A DNA stretch of 63,274 nucleotides, the filler included, from an uncultured bacterium (GTDB taxonomy: Bacteria > JAGOEH01): NCBI GenBank assembly GCA_964632485.1. It is 4 parts of 4 records of this genome, joined end to end, with 100 filler letters (N's around TTAATTAATTAA, not from the genome) between each part and the next. Parts side by side here need not be neighbours in the genome. Positions count along the whole stretch, not along the records: positions 23,150 to 42,463 come from CAZWDO010000038.1; 3 more parts are not named here. The stretch is one strand, 5' to 3'. This document shows, one piece after another, positions 30,501-39,491 of this stretch. Position 1 is the first letter of the stretch. Each line of letters starts with the position of its first letter. Under the pieces are notes generated by a model. It was not told the origin of the DNA, ran no database searches, and was given only the letters and a program-made list of their open reading frames with translations. Made by a program: the position numbers and the translations under genes.

Positions 30501-31075
30501 ATCCGGCGCTTTATCTAAAAAAAGATTCCGCGCAGATTGAACACTCGGGAAAAACGATGCTGTTGTTTGAATTATTGAATGATATCGTTGATGTGAACGA
30601 AAAAGTTTTAATTTTCACCCAATATGCGACCATGGGGAAACTGATTGAAAAAATGATCCGCGAAAAACACGGCTGGAATACACTTTTCCTGCATGGCGCT
30701 GTCAGCCGCAAGGGACGCGATGAACAAGTCGAAGTGTTCCAAAACGATCCCACCCACTCAATTTTTATATTGTCGCTCAAGGCCGGAGGCACCGGGCTCA
30801 ATCTGACTGCCGCCAACCATGTCATCCATTATGATTTATGGTGGAATCCGGCCGTCGAAAACCAGGCGACCGATCGCGCTTTTCGAATCGGCCAAAAACG
30901 GAATGTCATAGTATATCGGTTATTAACCCGTTCGACTCTGGAAGAGCGGATTGATGAAATGATCCAACACAAAAAAGAATTAGCCCAACTGGCCGTCTCT
31001 CAGGGCGAACAATGGTTGGGAAAGCTCAGTACCGATGAACTGCGCGAACTGGTAAAATTGACACCCGGCAAGTAA
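27521..31075 (+). CDS. SWIM zinc-finger SNF2-family helicase/translocase
   Basis: CSCPDWAVPCKH (SWIM); ADDMGLGKT; DEAQ; SGTPVEN; QATDRAFRIGQ. Confidence 0.95.
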   Translation: MARTKFGQTWWGAYWLNALSNIDYSNRLPRGRSYANSGTVSQIDIKKNWIEALVKGSRPRPYRVSIRIPPFNPLQKIELLQTIIQKPLLLSNLLNGQLPQELVALIEEKKILFFPNSWKDFKMECSCPDWAVPCKHIAAVIYLMANEIDKNPFLLFEMKELKILEELKNLGYTVQDEQDAIPSIHANWLDNAPIPASEEIGIPAKSMERKTLELSSISDLLPTIRMLLDPKPLFFETDFRRNLLDYYAIMQRMAIQFRSEKLEQSDAPEDMESLEPLEFSSPDGVTPDKLIAYRTSGGKRRKSRIAFRNISHAWLDRFKPKELPQLSPLTRLLYYYYHSSLRLIEQAAYIPEITRLPSEKYAIRWIPALFNKEVETLVRELTQQTPPNFLKINSSDGKIHYLPHQEQTLALLSWFIGDWLKSGYSSPLFQSNVEKLFFNQIPMAFDQAGQKQVPLNINQWLSKLFIAHSRYVPLLEIELDENTQPRMHLMAYNKENSLEPPIPLKNIMEDPNYTPLRMDLLKKINPIGSVFAPILELIQNKDKNSRALSDTEIIEFLTQALPLLQNFGIPLLIPNSFRTLIRPKLTMSFSDNANSGNKKSFLSLDQMLQFNWQVALGDTMVSPQEFEQLLKKSGQLLKYKNQFVVLDPKEIALFLKRVNKKSTLTPAHKLQIFLSEEFEGARVDIDPKLRDKIKKLMAPQAIELPGNLNAQLRPYQQRGFEWLYANIRLGFGSIIADDMGLGKTLQVICLLLKLQEEGKLAKHPALVVAPTTLLTNWIKEVEKFTFGLTLILYHGQDRNFPTTGYDAIITSYGIIRRDQEKFNQRQWSALIIDEAQNIKNPTTAQTQAIKGIKANIRVAMSGTPVENRLVEYWSIFDFINQGYLGSRENFTKEFALPIEIDRNEKKLNTFKKITAPFILRRLKTDKSIIDDLPDKIENNQYTTMTPEQTSIYQKAVERFMAMLEGLDDTGKQTNIQRQGIVLQMLSTLKQICNHPALYLKKDSAQIEHSGKTMLLFELLNDIVDVNEKVLIFTQYATMGKLIEKMIREKHGWNTLFLHGAVSRKGRDEQVEVFQNDPTHSIFILSLKAGGTGLNLTAANHVIHYDLWWNPAVENQATDRAFRIGQKRNVIVYRLLTRSTLEERIDEMIQHKKELAQLAVSQGEQWLGKLSTDELRELVKLTPGK

Positions 31076-31153
31076 ATGATTTATCAATGCACCGGTTTAA
31101 AAGCCGTTACAGATGGATAGCACGTATAAAAAATATCTACCCCCAAATAATAA

Positions 31154-31191
31154 ACCCCGTCACCTCCCGCTAAGAGCGGAGATGACGGGGT
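31154..31191 (-). terminator. Intrinsic terminator between the convergent helicase and por operon
   Basis: ACCCCGTCAcCTCC...GGAGATGACGGGGT stem; followed by a T-rich tract on the minus strand. Confidence 0.75.
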
Positions 31192-31237
31192 AGTCATGCA
31201 ATAGGGGGAAATATCGAAACGTTCATAACCTAAGCGA

Positions 31238-32158
31238 TTAAAGATTCTCGAGCTTCAAGAGTTGCTCCCAGGCATCATCAACTTGTTTCTGGCATTCGTC
31301 GAGAACGCTTTTCCATTTAGGGTTTTTCAGATGGCGGAATCGGCCCTGCAAGAAAAGCCATTCACTCAGGGGGCGCTTTTCTTTAGGTTTGTAGTTAATT
31401 TTATACTTGCCATTTTCGACTTCATAGAGAGGCCAAAACAGAGTTTCCACAGCCAGACGCGCCAGTTCCACTCCCATATTGGCGTCGATGCGCCAGCCGG
31501 GAATGCAGGGACTGATCACATTCAGAAAAGAAGGCCCGTCAATTTCAATGGCTTTTTTCAGTTTATTGGATAGATCGATCGTGTTATGGATACTGGCCTG
31601 AGCGGCATAGCCGATATGATGCGCCACTAAAATTGAGGTCAGGTCTTTACGCAGTTGCTGTTTGCCGGGAATTACGCTACCGGCGGGACTGGTCGTGGTG
31701 GCTGCGGCAAAAGGGGTGGCGCCGGAACGCTGGATACCGGTATTCATGTAAGCGCCATTATCGTAACAGATATAAAGCAGGTCGTGTCCCCGTTCCATCG
31801 CCCCGCTCAACGATTGCAAGCCGATATCATAGGTGCCGCCATCTCCGCCGATCGCCACGAATTTCATCTTTTTATCGGTTTTACCCTGTTTTTTTAAAGA
31901 ACGGTACATCGCTTCCACACCGCTGACCGTTGCCGCCGCATTTTCAAAGGCCGTATGAATCCAGGGCACATTCCAGGCGCTATAGGGGAAAATACTGGAA
32001 GCGACTTCCAGACAGCCTGTAGCGGAACCGATAACCAATTCGTAATCGGTAACGCGGGTCAGCATTTTGGTAATAATGGGTACCGGACAGCCGGCGCACA
32101 TCCGGTGTCCACCTGAAAAGGCCGCCGGTTTCAATGCCATTTCCTGTAATGTGGGCAT
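31238..32158 (-). CDS. porB: Pyruvate/2-oxoacid:ferredoxin oxidoreductase beta subunit (TPP-binding)
   Basis: GHRMCAGC; ATGCLEV; GGDGGTYDIG; YDNGAYMNTGIQRS. Confidence 0.95.
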   Translation of the reverse strand: MPTLQEMALKPAAFSGGHRMCAGCPVPIITKMLTRVTDYELVIGSATGCLEVASSIFPYSAWNVPWIHTAFENAAATVSGVEAMYRSLKKQGKTDKKMKFVAIGGDGGTYDIGLQSLSGAMERGHDLLYICYDNGAYMNTGIQRSGATPFAAATTTSPAGSVIPGKQQLRKDLTSILVAHHIGYAAQASIHNTIDLSNKLKKAIEIDGPSFLNVISPCIPGWRIDANMGVELARLAVETLFWPLYEVENGKYKINYKPKEKRPLSEWLFLQGRFRHLKNPKWKSVLDECQKQVDDAWEQLLKLENL

Positions 32159-32159
32159 A

Positions 32160-33264
32160 TCAGCCTCCTCTCACATTAAAAAAGTCGAATACTTTTTCAA
32201 TTTTGCCGGCGGACAAATAATTTTTGCTTTCGGCAAAAATTTTCTCAATATCACTCATCAACATATCCCGGCCACCCAATCCATAGACGCGGTTGTAAAC
32301 CAGGGGACGATGGGGCATATCATACAGCGCGGTACGGATTTCAGTAAAAAGCGGTCCATAGGCGCCAAAACTGTTCACCCGATCCAGCACAGTGATAATT
32401 TTAGCGTTTTGAAGGGCATGGGCGATTTCCTGGTACGGGAATGGCCGAAACAACCGGATTTTAAGCAATCCCACTTTTTCGCCCTTGTTTCGCAATTCAT
32501 CTATCACCTCTTTAATTTCGCCGGCGACGGAGTTGATCGCTACGATCACCCGTTCAGCATCCTCAAGACGATAGGATTCAAAAAGATCGTAATGCCGGCC
32601 AAAGGTTTCTTCAAATTCCCGGGATACTTGTTTGACAATTTCGATGGCATTCATAATGGCCTGTTGCTGACCCCGTTTATGTTCGATATAATAATCCTGC
32701 AAATCGAGGGCTCCCCAGCTCACGGGTTTTTGATTATCAAGCAGGGGGTACACAGTCTGAAAAGGACCCACAAAAGAGTTTACTTTTTGATCTTCTTCGA
32801 TCAGGGTCGTTTCAATCCCGTGGGAAATAATAAACCCATCGAAGCAGACCATGACGGGCAGGCGGATATCCTTATGCTCGGCGATACGCGGGGCCATGAT
32901 CAGATTGTCATAGGCTTCCTGATTATTTTCCGAATAGAGCTGGATCCATCCGCTATCGCGGGCGCCCATGGAATCGCTGTGATCGCAATGGATATTGATT
33001 GGCGCGGCCAGAGCGCGGTTCACCAGGGTTAGTACAATGGGTTGCCGCATACTGGCGGCGATATAGAGCATTTCCCACATCAGGGCCATACCGTTGGCCG
33101 AGGTCGCGGTCATAACCCGTCCTCCGGCGGCGGCGGCGCCGATGCAGGCCGACATGGCGCTGTGTTCGCTTTCAACAAGTATAAGTTCCGTATCGACTTC
33201 GCCGTCCGACACAAATTCGGAAAACCGCTGCATGAGATCGGTCTGCGGTGTGATCGGATAAGCG
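32160..33264 (-). CDS. porA: 2-oxoacid:ferredoxin oxidoreductase alpha subunit (second paralog; 5' end lies in the gap)
   Basis: AYPITPQTDLMQRF...VESEHSAMSACIG...DGFIISH...YGLGGRD. Confidence 0.92.
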
Positions 33265-33274
33265 NNNNNNNNNN

Positions 33275-33448
33275 GCTTTCCACAGTAACGAGTTCGGTTT
33301 TTACCCGGCCATCGGCGACAAATTGGGCAAAGTCTTCCATGACCTGGGTAGAAGGGGTAATGGGGAAGGCGCCCACAACATCCGGTTCGATTTGGCGCAT
33401 CGCTTCCGCGATAGCGCCATTACCGGTAATAGCAACTTTTCGACTCAT
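33275..33448 (-). CDS. porA: 2-oxoacid:ferredoxin oxidoreductase alpha subunit, N-terminus of a first paralog (rest lies in the gap)
   Basis: AAGGAG RBS; MSRKVAITGNGAIAEAMRQIEPDVVGAFPITPSTQ...ELVTVES, then the N gap. Confidence 0.85.
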
Positions 33449-33458
33449 GGTCAACTCC

Positions 33459-33788
33459 TTACATTTCTTCGCGCGCAAAGTCGAGCGCGCGGCGGTCACC
33501 TTTTTTATTCACCGGACATTCCTTGACGCATAGTCCACACCCTTTGCAGTGGAAATAATCGATCTCGCTGATTTCCCGGCGGGGTTTGCCATTAGGCATC
33601 TGACCCTCTTTCAGGCGAAAAGCATCTTCAGGGCAATAGACCCAGCAAGTCAGGCAATGGATACAGGCATCCGCGCGCCAGACGGGACGCCAGGTACGCC
33701 ACGTGCCGGTCTGATATTGAGCGGCATTTCCGCCTTCGGTGATCACTCCGCCTAATGGCAATTCCTGCCAGTTTTTGAGGTCGCTCAT
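33459..33788 (-). CDS. porD: 2-oxoacid:ferredoxin oxidoreductase delta subunit (2x[4Fe-4S])
   Basis: TGTWRTWRP; CIHCLTCWVYCP; CKGCGLCVKECP. Confidence 0.95.
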   Translation of the reverse strand: MSDLKNWQELPLGGVITEGGNAAQYQTGTWRTWRPVWRADACIHCLTCWVYCPEDAFRLKEGQMPNGKPRREISEIDYFHCKGCGLCVKECPVNKKGDRRALDFAREEM

Positions 33789-34360
33789 AGCTGATCTCCT
33801 TCCTTGTAGCCCCGTTGAATCGCCTGCAGGTTTTTTTCAACCAGATCAGCGCCTAACAATTCGGCGAAAACGTGTCGTGATTCATCGATTAATTTTTCCA
33901 GCGAAATAATCGCGCCGAAACCGCGGGCGAATGCGCCCATCATGGCGGAATTAGGGATTTCCCGTCCAAAGAGTTCATGGGAAATTTTATTCGCCGGTAC
34001 CGTGATCAGTTTTTGACCGTCAAGTCCCAATTTTATTTTTATTTCCGGCGCTGATTTTTCCGTATTGACAATAAACACAGTTTCCGGCCGGATTCCCGCC
34101 AATAGGTCTTTATTCCCGATCAAAGTGGGATCGACAACAATTACCACATCGGGTGATTGCACAGGGGTATGAATCCGGATAGGAGTTGGAGCAAAGCGGT
34201 TAAAGGCGCGCAATGGAGCGCCGCGCCGTTCCGGCCCGTATTCCGGGAACGCCACAACATAGCGACCGGTACCTTGCACCGCTTCGGCCAGGGATTTGGC
34301 GCCCGTAACGGTGCCCTGGCCTCCCCGGCCATGCCAGCGAACTTCAAAATAGTTCGACAT
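33785..34360 (-). CDS. porC: 2-oxoacid:ferredoxin oxidoreductase gamma subunit
   Basis: EVRWHGRGGQG; FPEYGPERRGAP; PNSAMMGA. Confidence 0.95.
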   Translation of the reverse strand: MSNYFEVRWHGRGGQGTVTGAKSLAEAVQGTGRYVVAFPEYGPERRGAPLRAFNRFAPTPIRIHTPVQSPDVVIVVDPTLIGNKDLLAGIRPETVFIVNTEKSAPEIKIKLGLDGQKLITVPANKISHELFGREIPNSAMMGAFARGFGAIISLEKLIDESRHVFAELLGADLVEKNLQAIQRGYKEGDQL

Positions 34361-34397
34361 TCAGTCCTCCTTACTTACACTTGCGGTTGGTATGATA

Positions 34398-35351
34398 TTA
34401 AATTACACGACGAGGACGAACCGCGCGCCATCCTCGCCATATTTTTAGCGTTAAAAATAGCCGGTAATAAAACATCCCTCGTTCGGTTGAGTTCCTAAAT
34501 CCCTTATGCCAAATAAATTTACACCAAAAATTCACCCAAAGTCCGACCCAGGTCAGAAAAACCTGCCAGCGAGGATAATATAAAGCCATAAACGTCAGTA
34601 AACTCCGATGATAATGATCATAATTCGAACAAAAAAACCGGTTGTCCACCTTCTCATTACGCGCGCTGGCGCCAGCTTCATGCCAAATGGAATAGCGCGG
34701 CAAAAACCAGGTCTGCCAACATCGTTTATGACTGCGAAAACAAATATCCGTATCCTCAAAATACAAAAAATACTCGCTGAGAAATCCGTTCAGAGTATGA
34801 AAGAGATCACGCCGAAAACACATGAATGCGCCGTTAATATGCGCGACTTTTCGGGCCCGGGTCTGATCTTTCGCGCCAATCATCGTCTGATAGCGGTTGA
34901 GCCAATAAATGTTAAAAATCTCTTTCAGACCGGGAAACCGATCAAAAGCGACTACATGAGTATTCTCGAGCTGATCCGATTCCTGAGCGATGCCGACAAT
35001 CCCAACAGAAGAATGGTCCCGCATCCAGTTCAAAATCTCATCTATCCGCGTATTATCTAAAAAACGGACATCGTTATTCAGAACCAGAAAAAATTCACCG
35101 TTAGCGAATGCAAACGCCTGATTGTGGGCAAAGCCAAATCCTCGATTGGCATGATTGCGAACGATATGCAGCGGATAATCGATCGGTTCTATCAAATCAG
35201 GAACAGTACCGCTCATGGGTGGAGGCGTATTGTCCACCACAACCACTTCCAGACTGAGACCCCGGCGATATCGTCCGATCGAAAGCAGACATTGATGGGT
35301 TAATCCCCATGTACCATAATTGACGATACTAATCGTTAAATCAACGGCCAT
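34398..35351 (-). CDS. Glycosyltransferase family 2 (WbbL/rhamnosyltransferase-like)
   Basis: TISIVNY; VVVVDN; NRGFGFAHN; LVLNND; FLYFEDTDIC. Confidence 0.9.
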   Translation of the reverse strand: MAVDLTISIVNYGTWGLTHQCLLSIGRYRRGLSLEVVVVDNTPPPMSGTVPDLIEPIDYPLHIVRNHANRGFGFAHNQAFAFANGEFFLVLNNDVRFLDNTRIDEILNWMRDHSSVGIVGIAQESDQLENTHVVAFDRFPGLKEIFNIYWLNRYQTMIGAKDQTRARKVAHINGAFMCFRRDLFHTLNGFLSEYFLYFEDTDICFRSHKRCWQTWFLPRYSIWHEAGASARNEKVDNRFFCSNYDHYHRSLLTFMALYYPRWQVFLTWVGLWVNFWCKFIWHKGFRNSTERGMFYYRLFLTLKIWRGWRAVRPRRVI

Positions 35352-35403
35352 AAATTTTCAATCCATCTATCTTATAGTAATGGCTGGAATCGGCTTTTAA
35401 CAT

Positions 35404-36315
35404 TCAACCTTGCTCATTCACGGAAAATTCATAATCCAAATAGTTATCCCAGCTTTGACATACGCGTGATGCGAAACGGATCGCCTGATTAATAATATGA
35501 TCCCATTGGCCGGAAGTGAGTTTCAAATTCTGATCCACGCCCGAACATGCTAATCCGTAAACCAGCCCTGCATTGAACGTATCACCCGCTCCAATCGTGC
35601 TGACCACTTCAAGGGAGGGTGTCGGGTAAAACTGTTCATAACCGGGGGTGAATAACCACACACCCTCAGCGCCGGCGGTAATAATCAGATGATGAGCTTG
35701 CAACTCCTTCATGCGTCTATGGATCGCTATCGGATCATCAATCCCGAGAATCTCGGCGAAATCTTCATTTGAACCTTTGATTAGATGCGCTGCGGCAAAA
35801 TAAGCCTCAAAAAAAGGCATATATTCGGGTAATTCCGCCCGATGATTCGCTCTAAAATTCGGATCGTAAACCAATAACGCGCCAGACTGACGGCACAATG
35901 CGAGCCACTGGGTCAACGGGACACGGATAGCCGCATCCAGGGCAAAAAAGGAACCAAACAACAGGATATCTCCGGAACTCAACAGCGGCCATTTATCATA
36001 TAACCGCTGTGGCGGCAATTTTTTATAAAATTGATAGCGCGCTTTTCCATCCGCATCCAAAAAAGCCAGCGATAGAGACGTCTGCCCCGTCTCATACACC
36101 TGAACCCATTGTGTTTCCACCCGATTAGTCTGGAGAAACTGGTACACTTTCTCACCCAACGGGTCCTGGCCGATTTCGGTGATTAAGGCCACTTCCCGGC
36201 CTAAACGAGCCAAACTAATGGCGCTGTTCAACATCGCTCCACCAACTACTCCTTTTTTAGGGATATGTTGTTCAAAAATAATATCATAAACGGTTTCTCC
36301 TATGGTATAGAGCAT
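35404..36315 (-). CDS. PfkB-family carbohydrate kinase (fructokinase-like)
   Basis: ATG 36315 after AAAGGAG; GGAMLN; YDPNFR; STIGAGDTFNAG. Confidence 0.92.
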   Translation of the reverse strand: MLYTIGETVYDIIFEQHIPKKGVVGGAMLNSAISLARLGREVALITEIGQDPLGEKVYQFLQTNRVETQWVQVYETGQTSLSLAFLDADGKARYQFYKKLPPQRLYDKWPLLSSGDILLFGSFFALDAAIRVPLTQWLALCRQSGALLVYDPNFRANHRAELPEYMPFFEAYFAAAHLIKGSNEDFAEILGIDDPIAIHRRMKELQAHHLIITAGAEGVWLFTPGYEQFYPTPSLEVVSTIGAGDTFNAGLVYGLACSGVDQNLKLTSGQWDHIINQAIRFASRVCQSWDNYLDYEFSVNEQG

Positions 36316-36525
36316 ACTAATTCTCCTTTTTCGGATCAATGGAACAAAAATGTCTCTGATTAAATAATAAAAATTATCGAAAAAATCAAGTACTGATTTC
36401 AAATTTGAAACGCTTTTTTATTCAACCCCGTCAAAGATGCGTTTCGCTTTTCAATTAAGGTCTGGATCGTTGACCAATCCGGACAATCCAAAAGCAACGC
36501 GCCGATTGGCTGGGTATTATAAAAG

Positions 36526-36564
36526 AAACGGGAACCCCCGGGAGCGAAGCGGGGATTCCCGTTT
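36526..36564 (-). terminator. Intrinsic terminator after the DUF4384 gene
   Basis: AAACGGGAAcCCCCG...CGGGGaTTCCCGTTT stem followed by CTTTT on the minus strand. Confidence 0.75.
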
Positions 36565-36661
36565 AGAAAAGGAAAACGGTAAGAACAACAAGCGGAACGA
36601 CATTCATTAATAGAAGAACGAATCATCCGAGTTCCGACTCGCTGAGGAGTTACGCGCCCGT

Positions 36662-38305
36662 CTATTTTTTAGGACGACTGCTACTTGAGCTATTGGAAGG
36701 GCGGCTGCTGTTGCCGGATGAGGGACGCGCCGCCGGTGTGGAGGATGGGCGGCTGCTGCTGGATGAGGGACGCGCCGCCGGTGTGGAGGATGGGCGGCTG
36801 CTATTGCCGGATGAGGGATGCGCCGCCGGTGTGGAGGATGGGCGGTTGCTGTTGCCGGATGAGGGACGCGCTGCCGGTGTGGAGGATGGGCGGCTGCTAT
36901 TGCCGGATGAGGGACGCACTGTAGGTGTGGAGGAAGGACGGCTGCTGCTGGATGAGGGACGCACTGTAGGTGTGGAGGATGGGCGGCTGCTGTTGCCGGA
37001 TGAGGGACGCGCTGCCGGTGTGGAGGAAGGACGGCTGCTGCTGGATGGAGTTTGGTAGGGTTCGCTCCGGGAGGATTTCGATTCATCTTTCGGTTGGATA
37101 CTGGAACGATCGATCTTATAGCTGGGATAGGATTGGGTTGCGCTGGAATTCGGTTTGCTTTGTTCCGGCTCTGTTTTTTGTTCCCGGATACTGCTTTTAT
37201 CCTGAGGGGTCCGTTTGGGTGTGGTTGTGGGTGTGGTCGTTGGAGTTTCCTTTGTTTTTACCTCTTGTTGACGGGTGCCCTTTTCCTGGCTGGTAATTGT
37301 CGGAGTTTGCTTGTAGCTTTTCGAAGAAGCTGGAGAGGATCCTCCAATGGTTTTCGGAGTGGATTCCGTTCTGACGCTCCCCTGCTTGGGAATGGCCGAA
37401 GGCGCGCCCTGCGGCGTTGCTTTATAACTTTTTGAACCGGATATGTTATACGTTTCTTTATACTGTTTTTGGACGGCGCGATAGTCTTTACGGAAGGTTA
37501 TATTCCGTTCCATGGCCGATTTTGGCGCGATTCTCATATTAGGATAGCTTTTGTAGCTTTTGGCGCCATAATAATAGTTAATTTCCGTATGATTGATAAC
37601 GAACCAATAGCCGGGATAATAGGAATAGTTCCAATAATCATAATACCAGTCCCAATAAACAAATCGCGGCGGAGCATACCAACGGTCATAAATCACTAAG
37701 CTATAATTGGGGCAAACATCGACATAAGGATGAACAACCCGATTGGGATGGCACTGATAGCACATATAACGGGGATACGGCACTTTTTCATGAACATAGA
37801 AATAGGTACCCCGGGCATCAAAAAATTCCGGATTGGGTTCGATATTCACGATAGAAGCCTGCAGATCGTGAAATGCGTCATAGGGATCGTCTAAAACGCG
37901 GTAGCGGGGGTCCTGGGTCGGTTGATAATAGGGCGGCCAATCGGGAATATTCTGGGGTTCCGTCGAAGCGATTGCCTGGATGTACACAATTCCTTCAGGA
38001 CCGGTTATCTTGTAATCCGGATAATCCCAGTTATCGGGTATGGAATAGGTTCGTTCCCGTTGTACAAAATTGTTACCATAGCGGCTCAAAGGGAATAAAA
38101 GCTGCAAATACCCTTCGGCGTCAATGGCATAGACCGTAACATAGCAATCCTTGTTGGATTTGAAATGGATCGGAACGCTTTCATTCTCGTAATAAACCGC
38201 TGCATTCCCTTTGCTGACCCAGACTTCCACCTCCAGATTAGCGGAAAACAAAGGAGTTAAAACTCCCCAAAGCAATAACCAGGTAGTCATCCATACGGTT
38301 TTCAT
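36662..38305 (-). CDS. Exported DUF4384-domain protein with a CxxCH motif, Tyr/Trp-rich segment and Ser/Pro-rich repeat tail
   Basis: Signal peptide; FKSNKDCYVTVYAIDAEGYLQLLFP...GPEGIVYIQAIAS (DUF4384-like); CYQCH; low-complexity tail. Confidence 0.85.
   Translation of the reverse strand: MKTVWMTTWLLLWGVLTPLFSANLEVEVWVSKGNAAVYYENESVPIHFKSNKDCYVTVYAIDAEGYLQLLFPLSRYGNNFVQRERTYSIPDNWDYPDYKITGPEGIVYIQAIASTEPQNIPDWPPYYQPTQDPRYRVLDDPYDAFHDLQASIVNIEPNPEFFDARGTYFYVHEKVPYPRYMCYQCHPNRVVHPYVDVCPNYSLVIYDRWYAPPRFVYWDWYYDYWNYSYYPGYWFVINHTEINYYYGAKSYKSYPNMRIAPKSAMERNITFRKDYRAVQKQYKETYNISGSKSYKATPQGAPSAIPKQGSVRTESTPKTIGGSSPASSKSYKQTPTITSQEKGTRQQEVKTKETPTTTPTTTPKRTPQDKSSIREQKTEPEQSKPNSSATQSYPSYKIDRSSIQPKDESKSSRSEPYQTPSSSSRPSSTPAARPSSGNSSRPSSTPTVRPSSSSSRPSSTPTVRPSSGNSSRPSSTPAARPSSGNSNRPSSTPAAHPSSGNSSRPSSTPAARPSSSSSRPSSTPAARPSSGNSSRPSNSSSSSRPKK
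36704..37033 (-). repeat. Coding tandem repeat: 7 units of 45/48 bp
   Basis: Encodes RPSSTP(AA/TV)(R/H)PSS(GN)SS units of 15-16 aa. Confidence 0.95.
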
Positions 38306-39180
38306 TGGATACCTCCTTCAAGATAACTCAAATTTAAACGGGTTGATTCTAACGGTGAGGCAACCGGTGAGGACGTTGAAGGGGCACTCTTGCGTAGTTC
38401 CTGATTGCCTGGATCGAGTTGATAGGCCCAATCGATAACGATATAATTTTCATTGAGTTGAGTGATACGAAACTTGGCGAAATGGTTGTCCGCAGTCCAC
38501 ACGAGATAACTGTGCCCGGCAATCGCTTCGACTTCGCCGATTTGCGACCACCCGTATGAGGGCGAATAATCGACCTGGTCCAGATTATCCGTGTAACCGA
38601 AATCCTGAATCTGAATCTGGGAATAGGTAACCTGGACATAATAATATCCTGAACTTGAAATGGAGCCGAAGCGAATATCCGCATTAGGAGCATTTCCGCT
38701 AACCACATGGGCGATAGAAAAATCGAAAGCCGATGCCGAGGTTTTAAACTGATCGCTGTAAATGGTTTCGTTATATCCCTCCGGCCGGGGAGTGTCAAAC
38801 ACCAGTTCAGGCGACAAATCGCTTTCATAACTTTCGTCGTCAACCGCCGAAACGGCATAATAATAGGTACGGCCATTCACGACATCATAGTCGAAATACT
38901 GATTCTCCGCAGTTGTGGCGATTAATTCATAAGGACCTTGCGCGGTATTGGAATAATAAACCCGATAATAGGCCAGATCGGGTTCTCCGTTGTCGTACCA
39001 CCCCAGTTCCACACAGCCGTCATGCGTAACGGAATAGAGTCCGCGGGGTACCGACGGCGGATAGTTTTCATAATCATATACAACTTCATAGCGGTAAACA
39101 GGTTCATCGCAATCTTCGATGACGCAGCCCAATCCGCTTAAAAGGCCAAGGCATATCAAAAGTAACGTTATTCGCCACAT
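38302..39180 (-). CDS. Lipoprotein with an Fn3-like domain
   Basis: Lipobox-like LSGLGC; PPSVPRGL...EPDLAYYRVY...NGRTYYYAVSAVD...ESDLS; overlaps the next gene by 4 nt. Confidence 0.85.
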   Translation of the reverse strand: MWRITLLLICLGLLSGLGCVIEDCDEPVYRYEVVYDYENYPPSVPRGLYSVTHDGCVELGWYDNGEPDLAYYRVYYSNTAQGPYELIATTAENQYFDYDVVNGRTYYYAVSAVDDESYESDLSPELVFDTPRPEGYNETIYSDQFKTSASAFDFSIAHVVSGNAPNADIRFGSISSSGYYYVQVTYSQIQIQDFGYTDNLDQVDYSPSYGWSQIGEVEAIAGHSYLVWTADNHFAKFRITQLNENYIVIDWAYQLDPGNQELRKSAPSTSSPVASPLESTRLNLSYLEGGIQ

Positions 39181-39262
39181 AATCGTCTCCTTCAGTTTTC
39201 CGGTTCGTGGGCGATTGGCTCTCGAAACGAACCCTCAAATGGGTTTATCCATCAATCTATAT

Positions 39263-39448
39263 AGCACGATCAATGCCATTCTGATATCAGAATTATCCAC
39301 GCGCATGAAAACAGTAGGCTGAATATTTATAATCCATTGATATTAAGAGAGTTAATATTTTAATCCCCCCCAAAAAGCGGTCCCTATCTTGAAAAATGCG
39401 CTCAAAAAACCGGTCCACACGAGGAGAAACTGTCTATAATATAGGACA
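39263..39448 (-). promoter_or_regulatory. sigma54 (-24/-12) promoter with IHF site and candidate activator palindrome
   Basis: TGGCATTGATCGTGCT (GG-N10-GC, 39263-39278); TATCAATGGATTA matching WATCAANNNNTTR (39330-39342); TGTC-N10-GACA (39431-39448). Confidence 0.65.
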
Positions 39449-39491
39449 CTATAACATTATATAAGACAGATTGCGGGAAACGGGGCCGTAT

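Noticed and set aside
36704..37033. Regular repeat that could be taken for a CRISPR array; open frames on both strands
   Set aside because: Units are contiguous with no unique spacers, are multiples of 3, and lie inside a CDS. The extra ORFs are by-products of the repeat.
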